Assembly (NCBI RefSeq): GCF_004010195.1
Contig: NC_057759.1
Coordinates: 3,846,438 to 3,910,437 of the forward strand
Length of the DNA stretch: 64,000 bases
Origin: Chiloscyllium plagiosum
Taxonomy: Eukaryota
Reading direction: 5' to 3'
Part shown: positions 1-12,400 of the stretch, piece after piece
Layout: each line of letters begins with the position of its first letter
Position numbering within the stretch: the stretch's first letter is position 1
Made by a program: the position numbers and the translations under genes
The notes under the pieces: generated by a model
The model's input: the letters and a program-made list of their open reading frames with translations, nothing else
Databases searched by the model: none
What the model was told of the DNA's origin: nothing

Positions 1-135
1 GAGGAAACCCACGCAGACACGGGGAGAACGTGCAAACTCCACACAGTCAGTCGCCTAACGCGGGAATTGAACCCGGGTCTCTGGCGCTGTGAGGCAGCAG
101 TGCTAACCACTGTGCCACCGTGCCACCGTGCCGCT
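1..135 (-). mobile_element. HE1-type tRNA-derived SINE, 5' part
   Basis: The reverse complement begins GCGGCACGGTGGCACGGTGGCACAGTGGTTAGCACTGCTGCCTCACAGCGCCAGAGACCCGGGTTCAATTCCC, with Pol III A/B-box-like motifs. Confidence 0.85.
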
Positions 136-739
136 CCTAATTGTGCTCCTATATTTTATGGTCCTATGACATTATGTTGACAGGCAGATAAACATGCATA
201 CAGGGACATTTCATTCGGGATCGTTAGGTTAACCAATACAAGTAGAAAGAGTATTATGCAGGAAACATGCTCTTCTTCATTATCATTTGGAACACTCGTC
301 TGTGAAAATAATCCCTCATTGTAATCAACATCTGTTGGATTTCTCAACACCAGAGAACTGAGTCCTCAGTTTATAATGTTTTACTTGAGATAAAATAGGC
401 ATACTGAGTCAGCCAAACCACCCTGCTGGAGGTCCTATCACAGAATATTAGAACAGTAGCCGTTTGGAAAATAGATTGCATGAATATAGAGGTCTACAGC
501 ACAGAAAACAGTCCCATCGAGTCCATGCCAGTCAAAAACAACCACCTTACTATTCTCTGATTCCATCTCCTCAGCACTTCACCCATAGCCTTAGCATCAC
601 AAATGCACATCTAAGTTTTTCATCAATGAGGATTTCTGCCTGCCCCATCTTTACGGACAGTAAGTTCCAGATTTCCCACAAACCTCTTTTTTTTCCTCAC
701 ACCCTCCTCTAAATCTCCATCTCCTTACCTTCAATCCAT

Positions 740-1390
740 GCTGGCCAATTAGGTGAAGAAGGCATATGGCATTCTGCCTTCATTGCCTGGGCATGGAGTA
801 CAATATTTGGCAAACCATGTTGCAGTGGTATAAAGTCCTTGCGAGGCCGCAATTGGAGTATTGTGTGCAGTTTTGGTCGCCACACTACCACAATGACGTG
901 AATGCTTTGGAGACAGTGCAGAGAAGGTTCACTAGGATGTTATCTGGTCTCGAGGGCGTTGGGTATGCGGAAAGGTTAAAACAACAAGAATCGTTTTCAC
1001 CGAAAAGACGGTGGCTGAGAGGAGACTCGATAGACATCTACAAAATTATGAGGTGCATTGATATGGTAGATAGTCAGAAGCTTATTTCTCGGGATTGAAG
1101 TTTCAATTATAAGGAGACACAGGTTCAGGATACGAGGAGTAAAGTATAAGGGAGATATACGAGTTAATTTTTTTTCACACAGTGTGTTGGAGGGGCTCCA
1201 CAGCACAACTAGAAGGGGTGGTGGAAGCAGGATCGTCGGTGACATTTAACAGGCATTTGGATAGTCACATGAACAGGAAGAGAATTGTGGGATACAAACC
1301 AAAAAAATCAGGAGGTTTTTTTTTAGTAAGGTTCGGGCATTATGATAAGCACAGTCTTGGAGAGCCGATGGGCCTATTTCTGTTTTGTTC
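740..1390 (+). mobile_element. CR1-type LINE 3' fragment
   Basis: RPQLEYCVQFWSPHY...LETVQRRFTRML...RRWLRGD, the CR1 ORF2 C-terminus. Confidence 0.85.
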
Positions 1391-1788
1391 TTTTTAAGAC
1401 CCCCAACCCCAATAAGTGATCACTACATTAAAATCTAAAAGTATCACCTTTGGGGGTTAAAACATGGAAAGATGTAAGAGAGTAATCAGGGAACCGGGGA
1501 CTGAGTTGGATATTCACAATTCGATCAAATGGGCGAGTTGGCGAGAAGAGCCAAATTGACTATTCCTAGTTTCTATGAGAACCGGAGAAATAAGCTGGAT
1601 GGTCGGGCATGTTCATAACGAATGGTAGAACAAGGTATAAGGGCTGAATTCCCTCCCACTTAGCCTCCACATATCCAAGGAAAACTGCCCTATCTGACGG
1701 CTCAGATGTTCGACCAGAATTTCTAACAGGTTACGATGCACTATCACTGTGTGGGGGTCTTTAATCACACCGATACAATGGCACTCAC

Positions 1789-1842
1789 CAGCAGTGTGTG
1801 CTGCTCCAACTGCTGCATACTCCAGATGTCTGGCTGCTGCCC
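1789..1842 (-). CDS. Cytoplasmic exon with ITIM-like LEYAAV (5' boundary uncertain)
   Basis: ...GCC AGA CAT CTG GAG TAT GCA GCA GTT GGA GCA GCA CAC ACT GCT G|gtgagt; clear donor, ambiguous acceptor (see findings). Confidence 0.6.
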
Positions 1843-4800
1843 CTTCACCAAAAGGTTGGGATTTATTTCCAGTTCAAAGGGGAAGGAAAGTAAGTCGTCA
1901 TTTCGACCACACTGCTTCAAAAAAGCATGTTCAGCTTCAACAAAACGACAAAGCTATCACACAAAATACAAAACCCAGCGATATCTGGTATTCCCTGAAA
2001 CCACGCCCCTGCTTTCCATCCAAACATGGAGATTTTTCACCCTCAAGGAGCTACCCAGATCTTCATCTTGTTTCCACTAATGTCCTTTGAGGAAGGGAAT
2101 CTGCCGTCCTTACCCGATCTTGGCCTGCATGTGATTCCAGACGCTGGTTAACTACAACTGCACTCTGGGGCAACTATGGATGTGCAATAAATGCTGGCCC
2201 AGCCAGTGACACCCACATTACTATGAATGAATGAACACAGTTTGGGACTTTTTCTGGAGTATGGTTTCCCCGGTTTGGCAATAATACTCGTGTTAAAAGG
2301 ATGCAGACATATCCAAGCTCCCTCTATGACTTTTTCATTTCGGTCATCTCTCCCTGATTAAAAGGAATCGCGATAAACAAAGGCAAATATAACACTGTAG
2401 TTTCAGTCACTTACTCCCTGAGCTGTGATACAGTTGACGAATTGCCTGAAGAGAGANNNNNNNNNNNNNNNNNNNNNNNNNNNNNNNNNNNNNNNNNNNN
2501 NNNNNNNNNNNNNNNNNNNNNNNNNNNNNNNNNNNNNNNNNNNNNNNNNNNNNNNNNNNNNNNNNNNNNNNNNNNNNNNNNNNNNNNNNNNNNNNNNNNN
2601 NNNNNNNNNNNNNNNNNNNNNNNNNNNNNNNNNNNNNNNNNNNNNNNNNNNNNNNNNNNNNNNNNNNNNNNNNNNNNNNNNNNNNNNNNNNNNNNNNNNN
2701 NNNNNNNNNNNNNNNNNNNNNNNNNNNNNNNNNNNNNNNNNNNNTGGTTTGGAGTAAGGTTAAGATTAGATTAGATTAGATTAGATTACAGTGTGGAAAC
2801 AGGCCCTTCGGCCCAACAAGTCCACACCGACCCGCCGAAGCGAAATCCACCCATACCCCTACATTTACCCCTTACCTAACACTACGGGCAATTTAGTATG
2901 GCCAATTCACCTGACCCTGCACATCTTTTGGATGGTGGGAGGAAACCGGAGCACCCAGAGGAAACCCACGCAGACACGGGGAGAACGTGCAAACTCCACA
3001 CAGTCAGTCGCCTAACGCGGGAATTGAACCCGGGTCTCTGGCGCTGTGAGGCAGCAGTGCTAACCACTGTGCCACCGTGCCACCGTGCCGCTCCTAATTG
3101 TGCTCCTATATTTTATGGTCCTATGACATTATGTTGACAGGCAGATAAACATGCATACAGGGACATTTCATTCGGGATCATTAGGTTAACCAATACAAGT
3201 AGAAAGAGTATTATGCAGGAAACATGCTCTTCTTCATTATCATTTAGAGTCAGAATTAGATTTAGGGTTAGTGCTAGGGCTAGAGTTAGGTTTAGGATTA
3301 GCGTTAGCTGTTGCATTCAGGCCGGTTAGATTTAAAGTTATGGTTCTGTTTGAATTATGTTTAAGTTAAAGGTCAGATTTTACGTTAGGGAGTTTTGAGC
3401 ATTTGCTGAGGGTTAGTTTCATCATGATAAGGGTTAAGGTGGAGTTAGGTTGGAGTGGTTGGCCTATTGCTCAGTTTATGGTTAAGGTTAGGTCAGCCTG
3501 CCCAGTCGATAATGTATAAATTTAAGAAGTGAGGCAGGAAAATGACGTTGATCCAGATACATTGTGTTAAATAATGGAGCAGCATCCTGAGGGGCTGAAT
3601 TTCATCCTCCTGTTTCCAGTTCTCATGGTCTTACATCTCCCTTCCTCTCAGAGGTGCTCTGACACAGTGTGCTGGGGGTGGGGGTGTTTTCACAGTTACC
3701 CGATCCAGCAGGCTAACTTTATGAGTGCCCTCCCTCCCTACTCTCAACCCCAGTTCCCAATATATTTTCTCCTTCCCCCAGCTTCCCCATTCATTAGGAA
3801 GGTTACATTGAGGCGGGGATGGCAGTGTCATGGTGTGGGAATGTGGAACAAATCCCATTCCCGTGGGATGTTACAGACCTGTGTCCCTCCTCCGGTGGAT
3901 GAAGCACACCAACACAATCAGGCCGGCGAACAGCAGAACTGAGAGGAGTGATACCAAAATTTCCTTGGAATAGCTCCGAGCTGTAATCCAACAGGAATAG
4001 TCAGCTCAAATTAACAAATTCACCAGAAAGTTTTACCACATCACCCTTGTGATAGGCAGACAGTTCACACCGGACAGACCAACATACGCAACTCCCTGCC
4101 ACCTTGGGAGTATTGAGAGTCTCACAGTAAAGGACAATTCGGCCCTTCACAAATCGCACTTTCCCACATAACCCTCCACCCCCACCCTCCCACAGCCTTC
4201 AATGTTATGACTCTTCAACTGTTCATCCAAATACTTTGTAAAGGTTTTGGGTTTCCTTGCCAAGTTGTATGTTGCAACCCACCCATCCTCTGGGTGAAAA
4301 AAGGCCTCAAGCCCCCTTTTAACTACCTGTCCTTCAATTAAAAATGACCACTCCGAACCCCAGCCTTTATTCCCGATCATTTCACTATGGGGAGCACCTG
4401 ATTAGATTAGATTAGATTAGATTAGATTACAGTGTGGAAACAGGCCCTTCAGNNNNNNNNNNNNNNNNNNNNNNNNNNNNNNNNNNNNNNNNNNNNNNNN
4501 NNNNNNNNNNNNNNNNNNNNNNNNNNNNNNNNNNNNNNNNNNNNNNNNNNNNNNNNNNNNNNNNNNNNNNNNNNNNNNNNNNNNNNNNNNNNNNNNNNNN
4601 NNNNNNNNNNNNNNNNNNNNNNNNNNNNNNNNNNNNNNNNNNNNNNNNNNNNNNNNNNNNNNNNNNNNNNNNNNNNNNNNNNNNNNNNNNNNNNNNNNNN
4701 NNNNNNNNNNNNNNNNNNNNNNNNNNNNNNNNNNNNNNNNNNNNNNNNNNNNNNNNNNNAAACCCACGCAGACATGGGGAGAACGTGCAAACTCCACACA

Positions 4801-6448
4801 GTCAGTCGCCTGAGGCGGGAATTGAACCCGGATCTCTGGCGCTGTGAGGCAGCAGTGCTAACCACTGTGCCACCGTGCCGCCACCTGCTTCCTACTTCCC
4901 CTGTCCCTGCTCCTCATAATGTTGCACAATTCTATCGGGTTCCCCTCTCAACATGTATTGCTCTGTCGAAAATATCCCGAGTTTATCCAGCCTCCCTCTC
5001 TTCAACGCTGAAACGCTCCATCCCAAGCGAGATCCTGGTGAAACCATCTCTACACAAAGTCTCTCCGTGAGACTTTCAATTTCAGATTTTTATTGTGTTC
5101 AAACTCCACTATCTGGTGTGGCCGGGAACCCAGAAGTATGACTGAGGTCGCTGGATCAATAATCTCATGGTGATACCAACCGGCCATCATCTCCCGAACT
5201 GAGATTTATAACAGTTTATAACTGGCAAAGACTGGATGGAGTAAATGGTCTTTCTCTGTGCTCTGTCTATATTCGTTCCGACTGTCACTGTTACCTCGCA
5301 GTGTGAATTCGATGTCATCACTGGTCACGTTAAAAATAATGTCGTTGGTTCCTTTGTTGATTGCTGCACAGTGATACTTCCCAACATCGTCTCTCTGGAA
5401 TGAATGAATAACCAGCTCACCACCATCAGCCGTTACATGGTAGCTTACACTACTGTTTCTCAATGGCACATTGTTATGGTACCAAAGGAACTGAGGCTGA
5501 GTGCCTTCCCCCACCAGACATCGGAGAACAAGGTCCTCCCCGGACTGTATCTCAGTCCCGTTGGTGCAGGAAATCAGCACAGCATCTTTGACAGGAACTG
5601 TGGAGAAAACACACAGAGATCAAAAAGATTGGAGTTCACCCATTGATTCAGACCATCAATGGGAAGGAGTACGAAACAATGAATATACAATAGAGTTAGG
5701 CAATGCGATAGGTTCAAAAAACTGATGTAATGAAGGGATGTTAATATACTGGAAAGAGTACCCAAGAAATTTACAACGAGTTTGCAAGGATTCACCAGTC
5801 TGAGTTATAGGGAGAGGCTGGATAAGTTAAGACCTTTACCTTTCCAGCGTAGGAGACTGAGGGAGAATCTGAAAGAAGTGTATACGATCATAAGAGGCAC
5901 AGTTGAGGTGAATGCACTCAGTCTGTATCCCAGTGTTATGAAGTCGAGGACGAGAGGGTATCAGTTTAAGGTTCGAGGGGAAAGAATATAAGGGAACCTG
6001 AGGGGCAGTACCTTTACACGTAAGGTGGTACACATCTGGAATGAGCTGTGAGGGGAAGTGATTGAGGTGGACACACCAACAATATTTAAAACACATTTAG
6101 ACAAGTACATGGATGGGAAAGGTTCAAAAGGCTAAGCGGCAAGTGCAGGGGCATGGGGTTAGCGTGTTTGGACGTTTTGGTTGGCATGAACAAGTTTGCA
6201 CAGAAGGGCCCGTTTTCATGCTGTAAGACTCTATGATTATGACATCTAGGTATATGCCGCTTTCGTGTCAAAAAGTGTGGTGCTGGAAAATCACAGCCGG
6301 TCAGGCAGCATTTGAGCATTCCTGTGAAGAGCTTATGGTCGAAACGTCAATTCTCTTGCTCCATGGATGCTGTCTGACCAGCTGTGCTTTTCGAGCGCCA
6401 CAGTTTTTGACTCTGATCTCCAGCATCTAAGTTCCCCCCACCCCCCCC

Positions 6449-6489
<41 letters not shown>

Positions 6490-9400
6490 TAAGTCAAAAC
6501 TGTGGCCTTTTAGAACAAAGTACCAACCTTGAGCATATCCCAGCAGCAGTCGTCAGTGAGCTGATAATTCAGTTACACTTTGGGAGAGAGTCTTTGTGAA
6601 CTCACCTATCACCGTGATCGCGATGTCTTCACTGTGCTGAGGTCCTGTCACCTCATTTCTCACTGAGCAATGGTAAAGCCCTTCGTCCCTTCTGTTGATA
6701 GCTCCAATGTTATAAACCACCTCAGTGCTGTTGGAAAGCTCCCTGTACAGTTCCACACTTGAGCTGTTGTAGAATTGGTAATAAATCGGCAGAGAACCAT
6801 TGGAGACTGAACAGATTAAGGATCCCGTATCTCCTTCGATTAGCCCCTTTCCGGGTTGAATTATTAGTTCTGGTTTTGACACCGGAATTCCTATAAATAT
6901 AGACAAAGGCTAGGTCCTTGTGTTTGGCGGAGTTAATTGCAAACTTAATTATGAACATCATCACAGTCACATAAAAATGCATATATTTTGTTTTCTGTTC
7001 ATTCTTTGGATTTGAGTGTCACTGGGTAGTCCAGTATTTATTGCTCATTCCTAGTTACACAGAGGGCAGTTAAGGTTTGTCAGGTTGTAATCATATAGAT
7101 TCCCTTTGGAATTGATTTCAAATTCTCCAATCTGCTAAGGTGGGATTTGAGTCCTGTATATGAGCCGACACTCTGAATTCATAGGACATAGATCAGTACA
7201 GTACAGGGACAGGCCCTTCAGCCCACCATGTCTGCGCATAACTGTGACGTCATTCTGTATGAATTCCATCTGCCTGCATATGGTCTGTGTCCCTCTGTTC
7301 CCTATGTATTAATGTATCTATCTATATGGCTCTTAACCATTGTTATCGTATTTGTTTCTACCAACTGCTCTGGCAGAGTGTGTGCCAGGCACCTATGATT
7401 CTGTGTGGAATGATAGAGTCATAGAGATGTAGCACACGGAGACAGACACTTAGTCCAACTCGCCCATGCTGACCAGATGTCCTAAATTAATCTGCCAGCA
7501 CTTGGCCCATATCCCGCTAAACTATTCCAATTATATACACAACCAGATACCTGTAAATTATTTTTAGATTAGATTCCTTACAGCCTGGAAACAGGCACTT
7601 CAGCCCAACAAGTTCACACCGACCCTCCGAAGAGTAACCATCCCCCCCCCATATTTATCCATGACTAATGTACCTAAAGCTACGGGCAGTTTAGCATGGA
7701 CAATTCACCTGACACGCACATCTTTGGATTTTGGGAGGAAATCGGAGCACCCGGAGAAAACACACGCAGACAACTGGAGAATGTGCAAACTCCACATAGA
7801 CAGTCGTCCGAGGCTGGAATCGAACCCAGGTCCTTGGCGTTGGGAGGCAGCAGTACTAACCACTGTGCCACCGTATTGCGTTCTGCCAGCCTCTACCAGT
7901 TCCTCAGACAGCTCATTCTATAGCCGCACCACTATGTGTATGAAACAGTTGCCCCTGAGATTCCTTTTAAAATTTCTCCTTCTCACCCTCAACATATGCC
8001 CTCTAGTTCTGGATTCCCCCACCCCAGAGAAAAATACCTTGTCCATTTAGCCTATATATGCCCTTGATGATTTTATAAACCTCTATAAAGGCATCTCTCA
8101 GCCTCCGATGCTTCAAGAAAAACAATTCCAGCCAATTCAGCCTCTTCCTAAAGCTCAAATCCTCCGACCCTGGCAAAATACTTGCAAATCTTTTCTGAAA
8201 ATTTTCAAGTTTGACAAGATCCTTCCAATAGAGGTGTGGCCAGAATTACACACAACGTTCCAAAAGTAACCTAACCAATGTTAGGCCGCATCATGACATC
8301 CCAACAGCCGCATCATGACATCCCAACTCGTGTACTCAATGCTCCGACCAATAAAGGAAAGCATACCAAACACCTTCTTCATTATCCTATGAGACACCAG
8401 TTTCAAGAAACTATGAATGGGCACTCCAATTGCTCTTTTCACAGCAACACATCAGTCCTGCTCTGATTTGCCTTTCCAAAATGCAGCTCCTCACATTTAC
8501 TAAACTAAACTCCATCTGCCACTCCTCAGCTTATTGTCCGATCTGGATCAAGATCCTGTTGTACACTGAGTTAACATTTCCACGCACTTCTCCTTTAAAC
8601 TCTCCTCCTCTCACTGTAAAGCGGTGTCCCCTAACCTAGTATCTGACATTTTCACCCTGGAAGAAAGACTCTGACTATCCAGCCTGTCCATGCCCCTCTT
8701 AATTTTATATCTGTCAATCAGATCTCCCCACAGACTCAAGTACTCTCGTGTAAACAATACAGGTGTGTCCAACCTCTCCTCATATCTCACATACTTCCAT
8801 CAAGGCAACATCCCGGTTAACCCTTTTCTCACCCTCTTGAAAGCCTCTACATCTTTCCTAAAGTGTGGGACCAGAACTGCACACAATCCTCCAAATGTGG
8901 TGGAATTAAATTCTTAAACAGTTGCAATATAACTTTCCAAATTTTATACGCATTGAGCCGACTGATAATGGCAAGCATGCCATATGGCTGCTTTCACAGC
9001 TTATCTGCTTCTGTTTCCACTTTCAGAGAATTATGGACGTGCACCCTAAAATTCCTCTGTATATCAATGCTCCCCAGGATCTTGACATTTACTGTAAATT
9101 TCTCCTACTAAAAATGCATCACCTTACCACCTTACCACCCGACACCTGGAGGAAGTACGCCTCATATTCCGCCTTGGGACCCTGCAACCACACGGGATCA
9201 ATGTGGATTTCACCAGCTTCCTCATTTGCCCCCTGCCCCTCCACATTATACCAGTCTCAAGCCTGCAATTCGGCAATGCCCTCATGACCTGGAAATCACC
9301 TTTCCCATCTAACCACTCCACCCCACCCCCCCCCCCCCCCCACTCCGACCTATGGCCTTCTCCCTCAATTTCACCTATCTATCGTATTCCAAGGTGTCTT

Positions 9401-12400
9401 CCCCCTAACCACACACCCCTCCCATTTATCTCTTAGCCCTCTGGCCCCCAAGCCTAATTCCTGATGAAGGGTTTATGCCCAAAAGTTGATTCTTCTGCTC
9501 CTGGGATGCTGCCTAAGCTGATGTGCTTTTCCAGCACCTTAGTATCGACTATTGTACCCAGCATCTGCAGTCCTCACTTACCCCTCAACTGACCTTAGTC
9601 CTGATTAAACTCCATTTACGGTTTCTGGGCTTATCTTTCAGGATGATCTACATTCTTTTATTAACTTCCTCACTATCCACGACGCCACCAATTTTCATGT
9701 TATCTGCAAACTTACTAATTAGACATGGTAAACGCAAGAAAGATGCTCGTGATAATCAACAGACATCCAGGGCGTCACAGTCGGAAGGGAAATAGGGCAC
9801 GATTGAGATTGTGAGGAATATCTTCACCCAGAGAGTGGGGACCGTGTGGCATTCTCTGCCACAGAAAATAACCAGTGCCTGTACATTGAAAGTTGTTGGA
9901 AAAGGAGCTGGATAGAGTACTTATGGCCCAAAGGAATGGAGAAAGGGGACAGGAGACTGAGGTGGATGACCAGCCACAAACCTAGTGAATAGGCAGAGCA
10001 AGATGGAAGGAATGATGGGCTATTCCCATTCACATATTTCCGTAATTCTCTGGGACAGTGAATCCCACAGACCTCCAATCTCTGGCTGAAGATAATTCTC
10101 CTCATCTCAGTCATAAATAACCCACCGATTATCCTGTGTTGTGTTTATCTCGCTCATAGATTGTGAGATGCGGAACATGATGATAATTTGTTTCTGTTCT
10201 GAATCTTTAACAGTTAAAAAAGGAGGATAATAAATGGGACTCACGTCTGATGGACAAATCGAGCTGATTACTGCGTTTCCACACCTTCCCGTTTGTGACT
10301 TCACAGTGGTAAGTACCCGAGTCTGCTGGATGAGCTGACTCAGAGATGTAATCGCTGTGGTCGGATGAAGACTGAAGAGGGACACTATTTCTGTAAAAGG
10401 TGTACCACAAGGAAGCTTGGAAGGGATTTTCTTCAATGCAGCACAGCAGTTCAATCCGGTGACCATCAAACAGCTGTCCCTCAGGACGCACAGTCAACTT
10501 AGGGACAGCGAATGACTCTGAAAAGCAGAAGGACATGTTTCTGTTTCAACCTGTAGAATGCCTGGGCTTGGGAAAGCTCAGTGATTAGAATGAGAGTAAG
10601 AAAATCCCGAGGCGGTGTGAGTACAGGAGACTCAGAACAATATTTCAAGGCCAGTGAAGGCTATCAGTATCGTGTCAACTCAAGATCAGATTTTGTGATG
10701 ATTGCGATTGTATTTGGAATGAACACGTACAACTACAGCGAGAGAATTGTGCCCAGTTCTGGAATCCACTTTCTAGTAGGGACGGAATAGCACTGGGGGA
10801 GGGTGCAGCGAGATTGGACAGACTGGGCTTTTTAATTCCTTAGAGCAGAGGAGACGAGGGTGGAGCTCATGATTGAGTTGTATGATACTATGAGGGAGTA
10901 TAAATAGGGTCGACAGGAGGAAAGCCTTCCCCTTGATGAGATCAAAAGCAGAAGGGGATAGGTGTAGATTGACGGTAAATGGTAGAAAGCTTCGAGAGAA
11001 TATGAGGAAAAGCATTTTCACTGAGAGATCTAGAGCTCACTGCTCCTGTAATGGTGGGAGAGGCAAAAACGCTTATCACAGTGAAGAAGTGTTTTGATAT
11101 GTACTCGCGAGAACAAGGTTATGCTGCTGCATGCTGGGGAAGTAGGGATTAGAGAATAGCGAGGTGGCTGCTTCTCACTTGATTGCTCCAAGGGTCTTTA
11201 TTTATTCTGGGGACTCTGCAATAGTGACAGATAGTTACGCTTAATGGAAATGTGAATGTTGTCGCTCCTCTTTCTCAGACTGTAAACTGCCTCAATCGCT
11301 TCACAGCTGTAATTCCCAGAATCATTTGCAGCCGTTGCATTGATCGTGTACACGCTGCTATGATCAGGCACCGTCTTCAGGGCGTCGCTGTCTCTGTGAA
11401 ACGAGTAATGAAACTGGACGGAGGGCCGTGCCATCTGGACAGTGCACGTCAGCATGAGCCGGAGCCCCTCGAATACTTCAGCCGCTGGCCCCACCCGCAA
11501 CACGGGCTTTGCAAAGCGTTCTGGAATGTAACACACAATTGGGATTCATGAATCTACTGTTATCACAGAGCGAAAGGCGCAATGATGACACGGGGTGAAG
11601 AATTTGAGCATTTACTGACAAAGGACAGTGGAGACGGAGAAACTTTATTTTTCTCGTACATTCCAAAATTCAAATTCTATTTTGATGCCACTAAATTCTT
11701 AGAATCGTAGATTCTTGCAGCATGGAAACATAACTCTCTGCCCAACCCGTCCATGCTGACCAGGTTTACAGATCCAGTCCCATTTGCCAGCATTTGCCAC
11801 TAACCCTCTGAACGTTTCATATCTAAGTAACTATTGATATGTCTTCTCAATACTGGAATTGTACCAGTCTCCACCATTTGCTTTGGCGGTTCGTTTCATA
11901 CACACACTGCTCACAGTGTAAAAACGTTGCCCCTTAGGGTTTTTTAAAATCTTTCCCCTCTCACCTTGAAGCTATGCTGTCCAGTTTTCAACTCTCCTAT
12001 CCTGGTGAAAAGAGCTTGGCTATTCAGGATATCTAAACCCCTCCCAATTTTAAGAGCCTCTATAACGTCACCGCTCAGTCTCCTGTGCTCCAACCTATCC
12101 ATTAAATATAAACCTCCACTCTCGATAACACCCCAGTAAACCTTTTCTGGCACCATTTCAAAGTCGATTTCCACAACAAAAATTGAATCCAGATCCCAAG
12201 AACGTGCCCTTGGTCTCTGGATTAATAGTCCATTGGTAATACCACTGTGTCGTCAATGTGTGGCTGAGCCTTACGCCATGTAATGCCTCAACTGCAATAT
12301 TCTCTTTTCTAATGAATGTTTCAATCATATCTTCATCCATAAAATATTGAGTATTTGTCTTCATGACCTGAACCATAAAATTAAAATTCTTTATATCTCC

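Noticed and set aside
60..135. tRNA gene
   Set aside because: tRNA-derived SINE head continuing into the SINE body; no complete cloverleaf.
156..350. ORF with hydrophobic CIILFLLVLV (also 3113-3316) as a TM exon
   Set aside because: No convincing splice sites; the true TM exon is 3879-3980.
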